Below are positions 29,083 to 38,296 of a stretch of 64,000 nucleotides of DNA, one piece after another. Numbering within the stretch: position 1 is the first letter of the stretch; every line of letters begins with the position of its first letter. A program made the translations under genes and the position numbers. Under the pieces are notes generated by a model. That model saw only the letters and a list, made by a program, of their open reading frames with translations, searched no databases and was not told the DNA's origin. Source of the stretch: Candidatus Giovannonibacteria bacterium (GTDB taxonomy: Bacteria > Patescibacteriota > Minisyncoccia > JACPKW01 > UBA11713); assembly GCA_016186825.1 (NCBI GenBank), contig JACPKW010000005.1, forward strand, positions 2,025-66,024. The letters run 5' to 3'.

Positions 29083-29135
29083 CCGCCGACTCGGAACTTA
29101 TCGCACTTTGCGAACCGAATCGGCGGCTTTTTTTA
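29083..29135 (+). terminator. rho-independent terminator after the RT gene
   Basis: ccgccgactcgg...ccgaatcggcgg stem followed by T7. Confidence 0.6.
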
Positions 29136-29235
29136 TGAAAACTGACTTTAGCGCGTTTAAGTTGTATTATTTATAAGTCAAAACTCTTGAAGTTCTGTTG
29201 AGGATTTCAAACGTTATTAAATTAATCAAAAAAAT

Positions 29236-29829
29236 ATGTTCAAAGTTGATTCCCCTTTCCCGAGTTTTTCGCTTGAGATTTATAACGCCGAGAAAGGCAA
29301 ACAAGAAAAAATTTCGAACGAGACTTTTAATAGCAAATGGCTCATTCTTTTTTTCTATCCGGGCGATTTTACTTTTGTCTGCCCTACCGAGCTCGTTGAT
29401 ATGAACGCGCGCATCAATGAATTCAAAAAATCGGGCGCGGAAGTCATAGGAATTTCCACGGATTCCGTTTATTCGCATAAGGCCTGGATTGAGGCGGAAG
29501 AACAGCTTAAAGAATTAAAATATTCGCTTGCTTCAGACCACAATGGAAATATGTCACGCGCGCTTGATATTTATGAAGAAACCGACGGAACAGCCCAGCG
29601 CGCCTGCTTTATTATTGATCCTGACGGAATGCTTCGCGCGGCCGACATTGTTTCCGATCCAATTGGGCGCTCCGCGGGAGAAATTTTACGAAAATTGAAA
29701 GCGTTGAAATTTGTTCGCGAAAATCCTGGAAAAGTCTGCCCCGCTTCCTGGGACGAAGGTTTGCCTGTCATAACAAAATCCATGGAACTCTCCGGAAAAG
29801 TTTTGGACGAGCTTGAGAAAAATAAATAA
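29236..29829 (+). CDS. 2-Cys peroxiredoxin (AhpC/TSA family)
   Basis: FFYPGDFTFVCPTEL peroxidatic-Cys motif. Confidence 0.85.
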   Translation: MFKVDSPFPSFSLEIYNAEKGKQEKISNETFNSKWLILFFYPGDFTFVCPTELVDMNARINEFKKSGAEVIGISTDSVYSHKAWIEAEEQLKELKYSLASDHNGNMSRALDIYEETDGTAQRACFIIDPDGMLRAADIVSDPIGRSAGEILRKLKALKFVRENPGKVCPASWDEGLPVITKSMELSGKVLDELEKNK

Positions 29830-29842
29830 AAAAGATCAAAAA

Positions 29843-29873
29843 TCAAAAATCCCCGGCGCCGGGGATTTTTGAT
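29843..29873. terminator. bidirectional rho-independent terminator between convergent genes
   Basis: aaaaatccccggcgccggggattttt. Confidence 0.7.
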
Positions 29874-29890
29874 TTGAGAATCAAGTTTAA

Positions 29891-30247
29891 CTAGAACTCT
29901 CTGCGGCCATAGCCGCCGCCACCTCCACGGGATCCGAAACCTCCGCCTCCACCGCTGCGTCCGCCGCGAAAACCGCCTTCGCGTCTCGGGGGCCGCTCGG
30001 TCATTGGGCGAGCTTCTTTCACAACCAAGGTGCGTCCGTCGAGTTCTTTGCCATCGAGCATTTCGACAGCTTTGTCAGCTTCCTCATCGGAAGACATCTC
30101 AACGAAACCAAATCCGCGGGAACGTCCGGACATCCGGTCCATTACCACTTGAGCGGACTCAACCTGACCGCACTGCGCAAAGTGATCTTTGAGCTGGGCG
30201 TCAGTTGTGCCGTAGGAAAGGCTTCCTACATACAATTTCTTTGCCAT
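29891..30247 (-). CDS. RRM-domain RNA-binding protein with Gly/Arg-rich tail
   Basis: RNP-2 LYVGSL and RNP-1 RGFGFVEM motifs. C-terminal GGRSGGGGGFGSRGGGGGYG tail. Confidence 0.85.
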   Translation of the reverse strand: MAKKLYVGSLSYGTTDAQLKDHFAQCGQVESAQVVMDRMSGRSRGFGFVEMSSDEEADKAVEMLDGKELDGRTLVVKEARPMTERPPRREGGFRGGRSGGGGGFGSRGGGGGYGRREF

Positions 30248-30376
30248 TTGACTTAGATTAATACTGGTAACTTTTCGTAGGAAGACCTATCCCAATTTTT
30301 GAGAATGCCTACAAAACAAGTTTATATTATCATGTTATCTTAAAAAAGTCAAAATAACCTGATAAAATAAGAAACT

Positions 30377-31087
30377 ATGGCCGAAGCGCGAATAATAGTG
30401 CTAACCCCTACTTATAACGAAAGCGAAAATATTGAAAATCTTATAAAAAGAGTGTTTGGCCTCTCTATTCCCAATCTGAAAATGATTGTGGTCGACGATA
30501 ACTCGCCGGACGGCACAGCTGAGATAGTGAGAAAATATATTGAAATTTACCCGATCGAATTAATTTGCCGCGAAAAAAAACAAGGGCTCGGCCCGGCATA
30601 TGTCGAAGGTTTTAAGAAAGCGCTTTCGGACAGACCAGCGTTTATTATTCAAATGGATGCAGATCTTTCGCACGATCCCGGCCTCATTCCAGATTTGCTC
30701 GTCAAAATTAAAACCCACGATGTCGTACTCGGATCCCGCTACATAGAGGGAGGAAAAATTGAGAATTGGGATAGATTTAGAATGCTCGTGAGCTCGCTCG
30801 GAAATTTGTACGCGCGGACGGTTTTGGATGTTCCAATCAGAGATCTGACAAGCGGGTATAAATGCTGGCGGCCGGAAGCGCTCCGGAAGATCAACTTGGA
30901 ATCGCTTTCATCCCTCGGTTATAATTTTCAAATCGAGACTATTTACCGCGCTTACATGAATAAATCAAAAATTTGCGAGATCCCGATTGTATTTCGAGAA
31001 AGAAAGCTTGGCAGATCGAAATTTAATTTACCAATTATGGTCGAGAGTTTTTTTAAAGTTCTAGTTCTGCGTCTTCGTGAAAAATAA
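30377..31087 (+). CDS. GT2 glycosyltransferase (polyprenol-phosphate mannose/glucose synthase-like)
   Basis: IVLTPTYNESENI, VVDDNSPDGT and DADLSHDP (DxD) motifs. Confidence 0.8.
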   Translation: MAEARIIVLTPTYNESENIENLIKRVFGLSIPNLKMIVVDDNSPDGTAEIVRKYIEIYPIELICREKKQGLGPAYVEGFKKALSDRPAFIIQMDADLSHDPGLIPDLLVKIKTHDVVLGSRYIEGGKIENWDRFRMLVSSLGNLYARTVLDVPIRDLTSGYKCWRPEALRKINLESLSSLGYNFQIETIYRAYMNKSKICEIPIVFRERKLGRSKFNLPIMVESFFKVLVLRLREK

Positions 31088-32876
31088 AAAATATCTCATT
31101 CTCGCGATTCTTCTTGCGGGCGCGGTGATCCGCTTTTATGGAATATCCCGCGGCGATCCGCTTAACGACGAAATCTTTTATGGGCTCCGCGCGATCGGTC
31201 CGATGGACTTTGACGGCGCGGAAGCGCAAACTACTCCGCTTGAATGGCTCGACCCCGCTCGTGTTGAAAGAAGCTGCGGCGGCGCGAACGAAACGCAGAT
31301 AAACGCTCGAAAACTTCCAGAATCTCTTGAGAAAAAAATTTGCGCGATGAAAGCATCCGGAGAGTATAAGGGAATACCCTGGTGGACAAAATTTTCATTT
31401 CACGACCATCCCCCGCTCGTTTTCTGGATTCAGCATGTTTCCGTTTCCCTCTTGGGAGAAAATAATTTTGGAATGCGCCTTCCTTCCGCACTTTTTGGAT
31501 TGGCTTCAATCTATCTTCTTTATTTGATCGCGAGGCGGCTCTATGGAATGAATACTGCGCTCATCGCCGCGGCCTTTCTTGCGCTTACCGTAAACAGTAT
31601 TTTTGTCTCTAGAGTCGGCCTGCAGGAAGTTTTTGTTATTTTTTTTATGCTGCTTTCAAGTTATTTTTTCCTCCGCGCGCTCGAAAAAATAAATTGGCTT
31701 TTTTTATCAGCCGGCGCTCTCGGGCTTGCGCTTCTTGCAAAATATACGGCAATAATTCTCATCCCAATTTTTCTCGCTTATTTAATGCTGAAAAAACGCG
31801 ATTATTTCAGATCATGGCAGCTCTGGGTTTCAATTTTTATTACAGTTTTTATTTTAAGCCCCGTAATAATCTATAACATCGGGCTTTATCGGGTGGCTGG
31901 TCATTTTGATTTCCAGCTTTCGTATATGCTCGGCGGGAAACCTGAAGTCTGGCCAGTCCAGCCCGGAAAAGAAATTGGCTCTATTGCAAATCGGCTCCGT
32001 GAATATCTGCCGAATCTTCGAGACGCAAACTCTTGGCTCTTTCTTTCAATTACTTTTTTGGGATTCATTGGATTTTTCAAAAGCCTCTTCAAAACTTCAA
32101 AAGAAACATTCACTCGCCATTTCTTTCTCATTATTTCAACCGTCTTTCTTGCGCTTTTTATTATTGTGATCGGACCTTCTTACCGCTTTCTCTCAATGTT
32201 TACTCCTTATTTCGCGCTCACAGCAGCACTCGTTATTGCATGGTTGTTTAAAAAAATTCCTGCGAATTATAAAAAACTTTCTCTGATAATCTTCGGATTA
32301 ATCATATTTTTTGAAACCGCTTATTCGGTAAACAGCCAAATATTATATTCGCCATACTTGCGCGAGCACTGGGCATTTTCTTCCCTGCGATATGAAAATT
32401 ATGACTGGGGCTACAACGAACTCTCCGATTATTTAACCGCAGAGCTTAGGGGCAAAAGGCCGCTCGTGGTTTTCGAGCCGCTTTATAGGTTTCTCGAAGA
32501 TAAACGCGACCTAGCAATAATAGAAGGCGAAAAAAATGGTCTAGAGCCGGTTCCAGTATTGATTGTCTATGACGCAAATATTCATGCCGCAGGACAAATT
32601 TGGGTTTTGGACAGATTGCATATTTACCACGCCTGGCCTGTAATTTCAACTGAAACTTATTTCGCATTTCTGCAAAAAGAAGGATATGATTTTTTCAATC
32701 GGGCGGGATTTAAAAAATTTTATTATATAAGCCCCGTGAATGTGCCGTTAAAACCGAAGGCGAAATTGAAAGAATTGGGTCCGAAATTCGAGGAAGCTTT
32801 AAAAACAAAAATTGAGCCGACCATTATCAGAAATCATAGCGGCAGTGAGGCTTTCAGAATTTATAAATTTTATTAG
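31077..32876 (+). CDS. GT-C family polyprenol-phosphate-dependent glycosyltransferase (PMT/ArnT-like)
   Basis: 599 aa, >10 TM helices. Overlaps and co-oriented with the GT2 gene. Confidence 0.6.
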   Translation: MKNKKYLILAILLAGAVIRFYGISRGDPLNDEIFYGLRAIGPMDFDGAEAQTTPLEWLDPARVERSCGGANETQINARKLPESLEKKICAMKASGEYKGIPWWTKFSFHDHPPLVFWIQHVSVSLLGENNFGMRLPSALFGLASIYLLYLIARRLYGMNTALIAAAFLALTVNSIFVSRVGLQEVFVIFFMLLSSYFFLRALEKINWLFLSAGALGLALLAKYTAIILIPIFLAYLMLKKRDYFRSWQLWVSIFITVFILSPVIIYNIGLYRVAGHFDFQLSYMLGGKPEVWPVQPGKEIGSIANRLREYLPNLRDANSWLFLSITFLGFIGFFKSLFKTSKETFTRHFFLIISTVFLALFIIVIGPSYRFLSMFTPYFALTAALVIAWLFKKIPANYKKLSLIIFGLIIFFETAYSVNSQILYSPYLREHWAFSSLRYENYDWGYNELSDYLTAELRGKRPLVVFEPLYRFLEDKRDLAIIEGEKNGLEPVPVLIVYDANIHAAGQIWVLDRLHIYHAWPVISTETYFAFLQKEGYDFFNRAGFKKFYYISPVNVPLKPKAKLKELGPKFEEALKTKIEPTIIRNHSGSEAFRIYKFY

Positions 32877-32890
32877 ACGGGTAAATTATG

Positions 32891-34258
32891 TTATTTATTA
32901 CCTTTCTCAATTAACTCTTCGACCTTATGTTTGGCTTCTACGAGAAGTTCTTTTGCTTTTTTACGGGCTTCGTGAGATTGGCGCACTAAATCAGCAATTT
33001 TTTGTTGAACCGGTTTTGGTAAAATTGGAATATAAAAACTTTTAACTTGTGTATCAGAAATTTTAGGTTGTGCAGTTTGGCTCATTTCTTTTTCAAATTG
33101 CAATTTGCCAACAATTGATTGCAAAACAAGTGTTAAATATTCTGATATTAAAAAGTTTCTATCTTTAATAGAGAACATCGCAGTATTATTCGATATAAAA
33201 GCATCATTGAATTCATCACTAATGTTGGTAAGAGTGCCCACACTGCCAATAGACGCAAATATGATATCTCCGGTTTTAATCCTCGTTTCATTCTTAGGTT
33301 GAAAATTTTTGATATAAACAAGCTTAGATCTTTCGAGTCGTCCTGATGAAAAGTCTCCACCTCGTATATAAGGTGTTCCATTTTCATCGTCATAAAATCT
33401 TGGATTGATCAAAGAACCACGTTTAACTGATGCAATTTCGGAAAGTTTTTTAACATCTGATTTTTTTCTTATTTGGTTTAGCATTTGTTCATATTTCGGT
33501 TGAAAATACTCCGCATCCATTCGGTTTGCAGATTTGATTTCAGAAAAGTTAACAACGCTCCACAATTTTTCTTCGTTCTCAAAGTCTTTTAATCCCAATT
33601 CTTCCAAAAGTAATGTTTCCGCCTGGGAATATATAAATTTAGACTTCTCGAATTCATGCCATGACCAATTAGATAAATCACGAATCTTTTCTTGTGTCGT
33701 TATAGGCAAAACGGAAATTCTCATCAGCTTTAGTTCTTCTGCATTCACATTTGCTTGATTAACCGCCCGCCGAGTATATTTTCTGATCTGCCTTAACCCG
33801 TAAGAAGAATTTAGAAAAATGTTTAAATAGTCCGCTAAAATTTCTCCGCCTGATTTTACTCTTAAGCGTATTAAATAAGAAGCAAAAACTGATTTTAAAC
33901 TATCCAATTTATAAATACCGGTTCTACCTACAAATTCTTCCGAATTCACTCGATTAAAAAAGACGTCGTCTTTTTTAATCGCAAATTGGTTAAAAATTGA
34001 TTTTGGAATATCAGCAAAGCGGATATCGTCATTAAAAAGAAAACCATAATCAATATTATCCATTTTGAAAATTGGATAACCTTTTTTCTCGTCATTCATG
34101 GCTTGCGAAAGTCCATATTGGCATAACTCTAAAACTTCGCCAATAGGCACCCAATTTCCTTTTGTAAAATCAATAAAATACTCCCGCTGATAATATTCCG
34201 CATCCAGCCGATGCGCGCCCTCAAGTTGAGATTTTTGGATGACGGAAAAAACTGCCAT
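32891..34258 (-). CDS. restriction-modification specificity (S/B) subunit with two target-recognition domains
   Basis: HsdS-like two-TRD organisation with coiled-coil ends. Likely start MAVFSVIQKS at 34258, one nt after the upstream stop. The track ORF extends to 34321. Confidence 0.7.
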   Translation of the reverse strand: MAVFSVIQKSQLEGAHRLDAEYYQREYFIDFTKGNWVPIGEVLELCQYGLSQAMNDEKKGYPIFKMDNIDYGFLFNDDIRFADIPKSIFNQFAIKKDDVFFNRVNSEEFVGRTGIYKLDSLKSVFASYLIRLRVKSGGEILADYLNIFLNSSYGLRQIRKYTRRAVNQANVNAEELKLMRISVLPITTQEKIRDLSNWSWHEFEKSKFIYSQAETLLLEELGLKDFENEEKLWSVVNFSEIKSANRMDAEYFQPKYEQMLNQIRKKSDVKKLSEIASVKRGSLINPRFYDDENGTPYIRGGDFSSGRLERSKLVYIKNFQPKNETRIKTGDIIFASIGSVGTLTNISDEFNDAFISNNTAMFSIKDRNFLISEYLTLVLQSIVGKLQFEKEMSQTAQPKISDTQVKSFYIPILPKPVQQKIADLVRQSHEARKKAKELLVEAKHKVEELIEKGNK

Positions 34259-34259
34259 A

Positions 34260-34889
34260 TTATTCTCTAGTTTCAAAGTATTTAAAAGTCTCCGCCATCT
34301 CTTTTTTAATGTATGATCCAAAGCTGTCGATCCTGAAGTTAAATCCTTCCATAGTTTTACGAGTTTTTATACGCTGCATTTCAAATTTAATTTGACATAA
34401 AAATTCAAGTAGAAAATCCCGCAGGCGTTTTTCGCTAATGCGCGCTTCTGTGAATTTCTTCTCAAACTCCTCGGAAACGAAATAGCCCGTTTCTCCCCTG
34501 TGTCCAACAATAACGTGACGCCACTCTGATATAAGATCAAAATCTTTTTTTATAGTTACAAATTTTTCTTCAAGCCAAATTAAAAGATTGGGGTGAGTTA
34601 AATTTTGAGCGACATCCCACACATTAAAAACGCTATATTTTCGATCAAATAATTTGAATAATTGCAAGACAACAAAATTCTCAAGCGCCACGTGTGAAAA
34701 AGAAATTACAGAATTTCCGAAACCTGTTTTTATACCTCTGTCGTGTCTAAATTTCCACATTGCATCAGCTATAATGCGCGCATGAATTACTTGTTCGACC
34801 AATTCAGAAAAACGAGAATATAATTTTTCTTGATCACGAAATATTTCGTTTTTTCTTTGTTTTACCTCTTCTTTAATTTGAGTATTCAT
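34260..34889 (-). CDS. hypothetical protein embedded between the RM A and S subunits; possible HEPN-like (RxxxxxH) protein
   Basis: 209 aa. Contains RHVIVGH (Rx5H). Translationally coupled to the S subunit. Confidence 0.4.
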   Translation of the reverse strand: MNTQIKEEVKQRKNEIFRDQEKLYSRFSELVEQVIHARIIADAMWKFRHDRGIKTGFGNSVISFSHVALENFVVLQLFKLFDRKYSVFNVWDVAQNLTHPNLLIWLEEKFVTIKKDFDLISEWRHVIVGHRGETGYFVSEEFEKKFTEARISEKRLRDFLLEFLCQIKFEMQRIKTRKTMEGFNFRIDSFGSYIKKEMAETFKYFETRE

Positions 34890-35042
34890 ACGGTTTAAAT
34901 ATTATTTATTTTCATCAGGCCAAAAAGATTTTGCCCAATATCTAACGTTGCTGAAATCTACAAAAACAAAAATGTTTCCATACTTTTCGGGATTAAATAG
35001 ATAATAGTTTCTTCTAAAGTCGTCTAAGCCATCCATAATCTG

Positions 35043-37013
35043 TCAGAAATTAAATTTCCGCTCGTTTGCAAATTTCTTAAATCCGTCCGCAATTTCATCC
35101 AAATCGTGGTCTAAAACTTTTCGGCCTTTTGGGTCATGAACATAATTTCCATTCGCGTCTTTTTTGTAAATGTAATCCCCGGAGTTGTCTTTGCCGCCCT
35201 TTTTAGAAACTGCCATAAAAATTGGATAATCTTTTTGCGGCTCGTTGCCATTACCCCATTTCTGTAAAAATAAAACTGATGTTTTAGTTCCGGTATGAGG
35301 CTTGAAAGTATTTCCGTGCAACCCGACGACCGCTAAAATGCGCGCTTTATCAAATAGATATGCGCGCACGTTTTCCATATTGGTATTATTCAAAACACCT
35401 TGCGGTAAAACTATTGCCATTCGACCGCCCGGGCGAATCAAATCAAGCGCGCGTTCGATAAAAAGAATATGCCGCTCAATTTTATTTACAAGTTTATTTT
35501 TCTTTTTTGCTAAATTGTATTGGCGCATAAGCCCTGAATCCTTTATTTCTCCCGCAAAAGGCGGATTCGTTAGTAATACATCAAAATTCATATAATGAAA
35601 TGTTTTTCGGTTTTCTGAATTATCAGTGCCGCTTTTTAAATCCAGAAGTCGTGTTTGGAGTTTTGAGCGCGCATCGAGCATTTGGGAATCTTCGCCCTGC
35701 CATTCGCGCGGATCGAGAGAATTTAATTTAAACATGTGCGATCTGCCATCGCCCGCGATTAACATTAGAGCTCGAGACACTTTTGAAATTTCTTCAGCAA
35801 AATCAATTCCCCAAATATATTCTTTGGCATACTCCTGCATAGCTTCGTCTGTTCCATTTAAGTGATTATCTTTTACCCAATACATGGTGTTTATCAAAAA
35901 ACCTCCCGAGCCTGCCGCTGGATCAATTACATATTCGTCTTCTTTTGGATCGAGCATTTTTACAGCCATATTTATTACATGGCGCGGAGTAAAATACTGC
36001 CCCTTTTTCCCTTTTGCTACCTCGGGAATGAGATATTCAAAAGCTTCATCGATTATAGAAAGATCGGACCCAAAAAGACGCGCCTTTTCCAATTCACCAA
36101 CTACAATCGAAAGGTGCTCCGCTGAAAGATTTATATTTTCTTGTTCGTAAAACGTTCCAGGCCATCTTTTTATGGCTTTTTTAAAAAGATCGTTAATTGT
36201 TGAATAGGTTTTAGATGGATCGCGATATTTGCGGAAAAAAACTTCTTTATCAGCTCGATGCAATTTTGCTTCTTGTTCATCGTATAATTTCGCGTAAATT
36301 AATTTAAAAACTTCTGTAAAAACATCAACGCCAGCATTTGCAAGCACAAGCTCCTCCATCGATTCGATTACGTCTTTAAGATTTACTTTTGTTGTCGTGT
36401 ACTCAAAATAGGTTTTCTTCGCTTCGAGCAGATCATCAATTGTTTGGCCTTCCGCGGGGATTTCCGGCAAGGTATCATCAAATTCTTTAGGATATGGCCT
36501 GTACAATATTGTTTTTTTAAAGCCATTCGACCAGACGCCGATTTCAGAACCTTCAGAATTTAGATAACTTTTGAGCTGATCGATTCCTTTTTCTTCGGTG
36601 GGACTTTTTACTTCGACGATTATATAAGGTGTTATGCCGTCTTTTTTAAAAACAACAATATCTGCGGCTTTTGCATGAATTTCTCGACCGAAATGAATAC
36701 TCCTCTCCGTTTCCATTCGTTCAAAAGGATAACCGTAATGCTTATTCAACTTATAGAGCCAAAGCTGGCGCACAATTTCCTCGGGCTTCGATGTTTCTTT
36801 TTTAGCATCGAAAATAAAACGCGACTTGCCTGTTTTCAAATCTTTTAGAGAATAACGGTCTTTTTCTTCTTCCGTGATCTGCAGAATATCGTTAATGTCG
36901 ATATTCTCAAATTCTTTCAGACCAAAAGCTATATCAGAATTTTTAAAAATTTTTCCAATTATTTCTTCCGTTCGAGTTGGTTTCTTTGTTGGCATTATTT
37001 TACTGGTTTCCAA
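35043..37013 (-). CDS. BcgI-like Type IIB RM subunit A: N-terminal PD-(D/E)XK (HsdR_N-type) nuclease fused to gamma-class N6-adenine DNA methyltransferase
   Basis: N-terminal ADIVVFKKDGITPYIIVEVKSP (D...EVK nuclease motif). MTase motif I VIDPAAGSGGFL and motif IV NPPFAG. 656 aa. No separate HsdR nearby. Confidence 0.65.
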   Translation of the reverse strand: METSKIMPTKKPTRTEEIIGKIFKNSDIAFGLKEFENIDINDILQITEEEKDRYSLKDLKTGKSRFIFDAKKETSKPEEIVRQLWLYKLNKHYGYPFERMETERSIHFGREIHAKAADIVVFKKDGITPYIIVEVKSPTEEKGIDQLKSYLNSEGSEIGVWSNGFKKTILYRPYPKEFDDTLPEIPAEGQTIDDLLEAKKTYFEYTTTKVNLKDVIESMEELVLANAGVDVFTEVFKLIYAKLYDEQEAKLHRADKEVFFRKYRDPSKTYSTINDLFKKAIKRWPGTFYEQENINLSAEHLSIVVGELEKARLFGSDLSIIDEAFEYLIPEVAKGKKGQYFTPRHVINMAVKMLDPKEDEYVIDPAAGSGGFLINTMYWVKDNHLNGTDEAMQEYAKEYIWGIDFAEEISKVSRALMLIAGDGRSHMFKLNSLDPREWQGEDSQMLDARSKLQTRLLDLKSGTDNSENRKTFHYMNFDVLLTNPPFAGEIKDSGLMRQYNLAKKKNKLVNKIERHILFIERALDLIRPGGRMAIVLPQGVLNNTNMENVRAYLFDKARILAVVGLHGNTFKPHTGTKTSVLFLQKWGNGNEPQKDYPIFMAVSKKGGKDNSGDYIYKKDANGNYVHDPKGRKVLDHDLDEIADGFKKFANERKFNF

Positions 37014-37630
37014 TAGCCGTTTTTAAAAACAGACACTACTTTTCCTTTTAATTCGACCTCATCTGTAAATGGGATAATATCGTACTTTGGATTTTCTGGT
37101 TTTAGATAAACATATGGAGGCGTATCTTCGGACATAAACCTCTTTATTGTGCTACTATCTCCAATTTGCGCATAAACAATTTCGTTATTAACAAATTCTT
37201 TTTTTGTCTGGACTAAAACAGCATCGCCGTCATCAATTCCGGCATTTATCATGGAATCTCCTGAAATTTTTAGAATGAAAATTTCCTCATTTAGTTTGGA
37301 AACATTTTCTGATAAAGTCTGCCATTCGCCCGAGAGCTCGATCGAATGAATGGGGGTTCCTGCGCTTGAATATCCAACAAAGGGGACTAGAGGAGGCGCC
37401 CCAAGAACATCATAAGCCAGAGGTAAAAGGGCAATGCTACGCGCCCCTTCGTTTCTTCTTATGTATTTGCCAGATTTTAGTTTTTCAAGAAGGTCAATTA
37501 TAGACTGATTAGAGGAAACACCAATATTTTCACGCATTTCTTCAAATGTGGGAGCATATCCAGAGGATTGAATATAGTTATAAATTATCTCCAAAAGCTG
37601 TTTTTGCCTTGCAGTTATGGCTTTTTTCAT
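36995..37630 (-). CDS. LexA-like repressor (HTH + S24 peptidase)
   Basis: N-terminal HTH. LKISGDSMINAGIDDGDAVLV S24 Ser/Lys dyad region. Overlaps the start of the RM A gene by 19 nt. Confidence 0.75.
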   Translation of the reverse strand: MKKAITARQKQLLEIIYNYIQSSGYAPTFEEMRENIGVSSNQSIIDLLEKLKSGKYIRRNEGARSIALLPLAYDVLGAPPLVPFVGYSSAGTPIHSIELSGEWQTLSENVSKLNEEIFILKISGDSMINAGIDDGDAVLVQTKKEFVNNEIVYAQIGDSSTIKRFMSEDTPPYVYLKPENPKYDIIPFTDEVELKGKVVSVFKNGYWKPVK

Positions 37631-37775
37631 AAAAATAGTATAACCCGACTATTTGCTCTGGAAAAGTTCGTGCTGTGGACAACTAGCCGTAAACTGGCTT
37701 ATCTCGGAAGGTTTTTGAGATAAAAAGAGCGGGCCGCGATCGCGGGCCTTCTCTTTGCTAGCAAAATCTTCAATC

Positions 37776-38225
37776 TCATAGCTGATATAGTCCCGAAAAA
37801 TCTGCATAAAGAGGCACAACCTCCAAGCCTTCTGCTAGATTTTTTTCTTTCAGGTATTTTTCAGTAATATCTTTTGCGCGGATGAGTTCACTTTCATAAA
37901 AAGCTCTCTCTTCCTCTGGATTTTCGAAAGTCTTCCCGTATGCGCCGCAGTTTGCGTGCGTCATCAAAAAAACATGCGGCGGATGATGAAGCCTGATTGA
38001 CTTCGCAATCTGACGCAGGACATAGTCCCGATCAGTCAGCTCTTCAGGCGTTGCAATGTCTTTCGCGCCGCCTGCAATCACAATGGGGTCGCGTTTCAAA
38101 TACCCTCCGTCAACTATAAACTCTTTCAAAAGCTTGCCGGAAAAGCGGTGATCGAAACACCACACCATGCAAGCTTTCGCTGTATAATGCCCGCCGTCTA
38201 TTTTGAGATTGATTATCTGTTTCAT
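37776..38225 (-). CDS. hypothetical protein
   Basis: 149 aa. No confident family. Confidence 0.4.
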   Translation of the reverse strand: MKQIINLKIDGGHYTAKACMVWCFDHRFSGKLLKEFIVDGGYLKRDPIVIAGGAKDIATPEELTDRDYVLRQIAKSIRLHHPPHVFLMTHANCGAYGKTFENPEEERAFYESELIRAKDITEKYLKEKNLAEGLEVVPLYADFSGLYQL

Positions 38226-38296
38226 GCTATGGTATGCCCCTCCTCCACGTTCGGTCTCGAGATAAGTTATCAGAACATAAAAAATAATTCAACAAC

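Noticed and set aside
27500-29140. Diversity-generating retroelement
   Set aside because: RT motif 4 is QGxxxSP, not the DGR-typical QGxxxSQ. No obvious ~100-bp TR/VR repeat pair was seen. TR/VR absence was not exhaustively checked.
27500-29140. Group II intron
   Set aside because: No domain V-like 34-nt hairpin with AGC triad downstream of the RT. No X/En domains. Only ~300 nt upstream RNA. The hairpin after the stop is an ordinary terminator.
32891-37013. Classical Type I RM (hsdRMS)
   Set aside because: No HsdR-sized gene nearby, and the methylase carries its own N-terminal nuclease domain, so Type IIB (BcgI-like) is the better fit.
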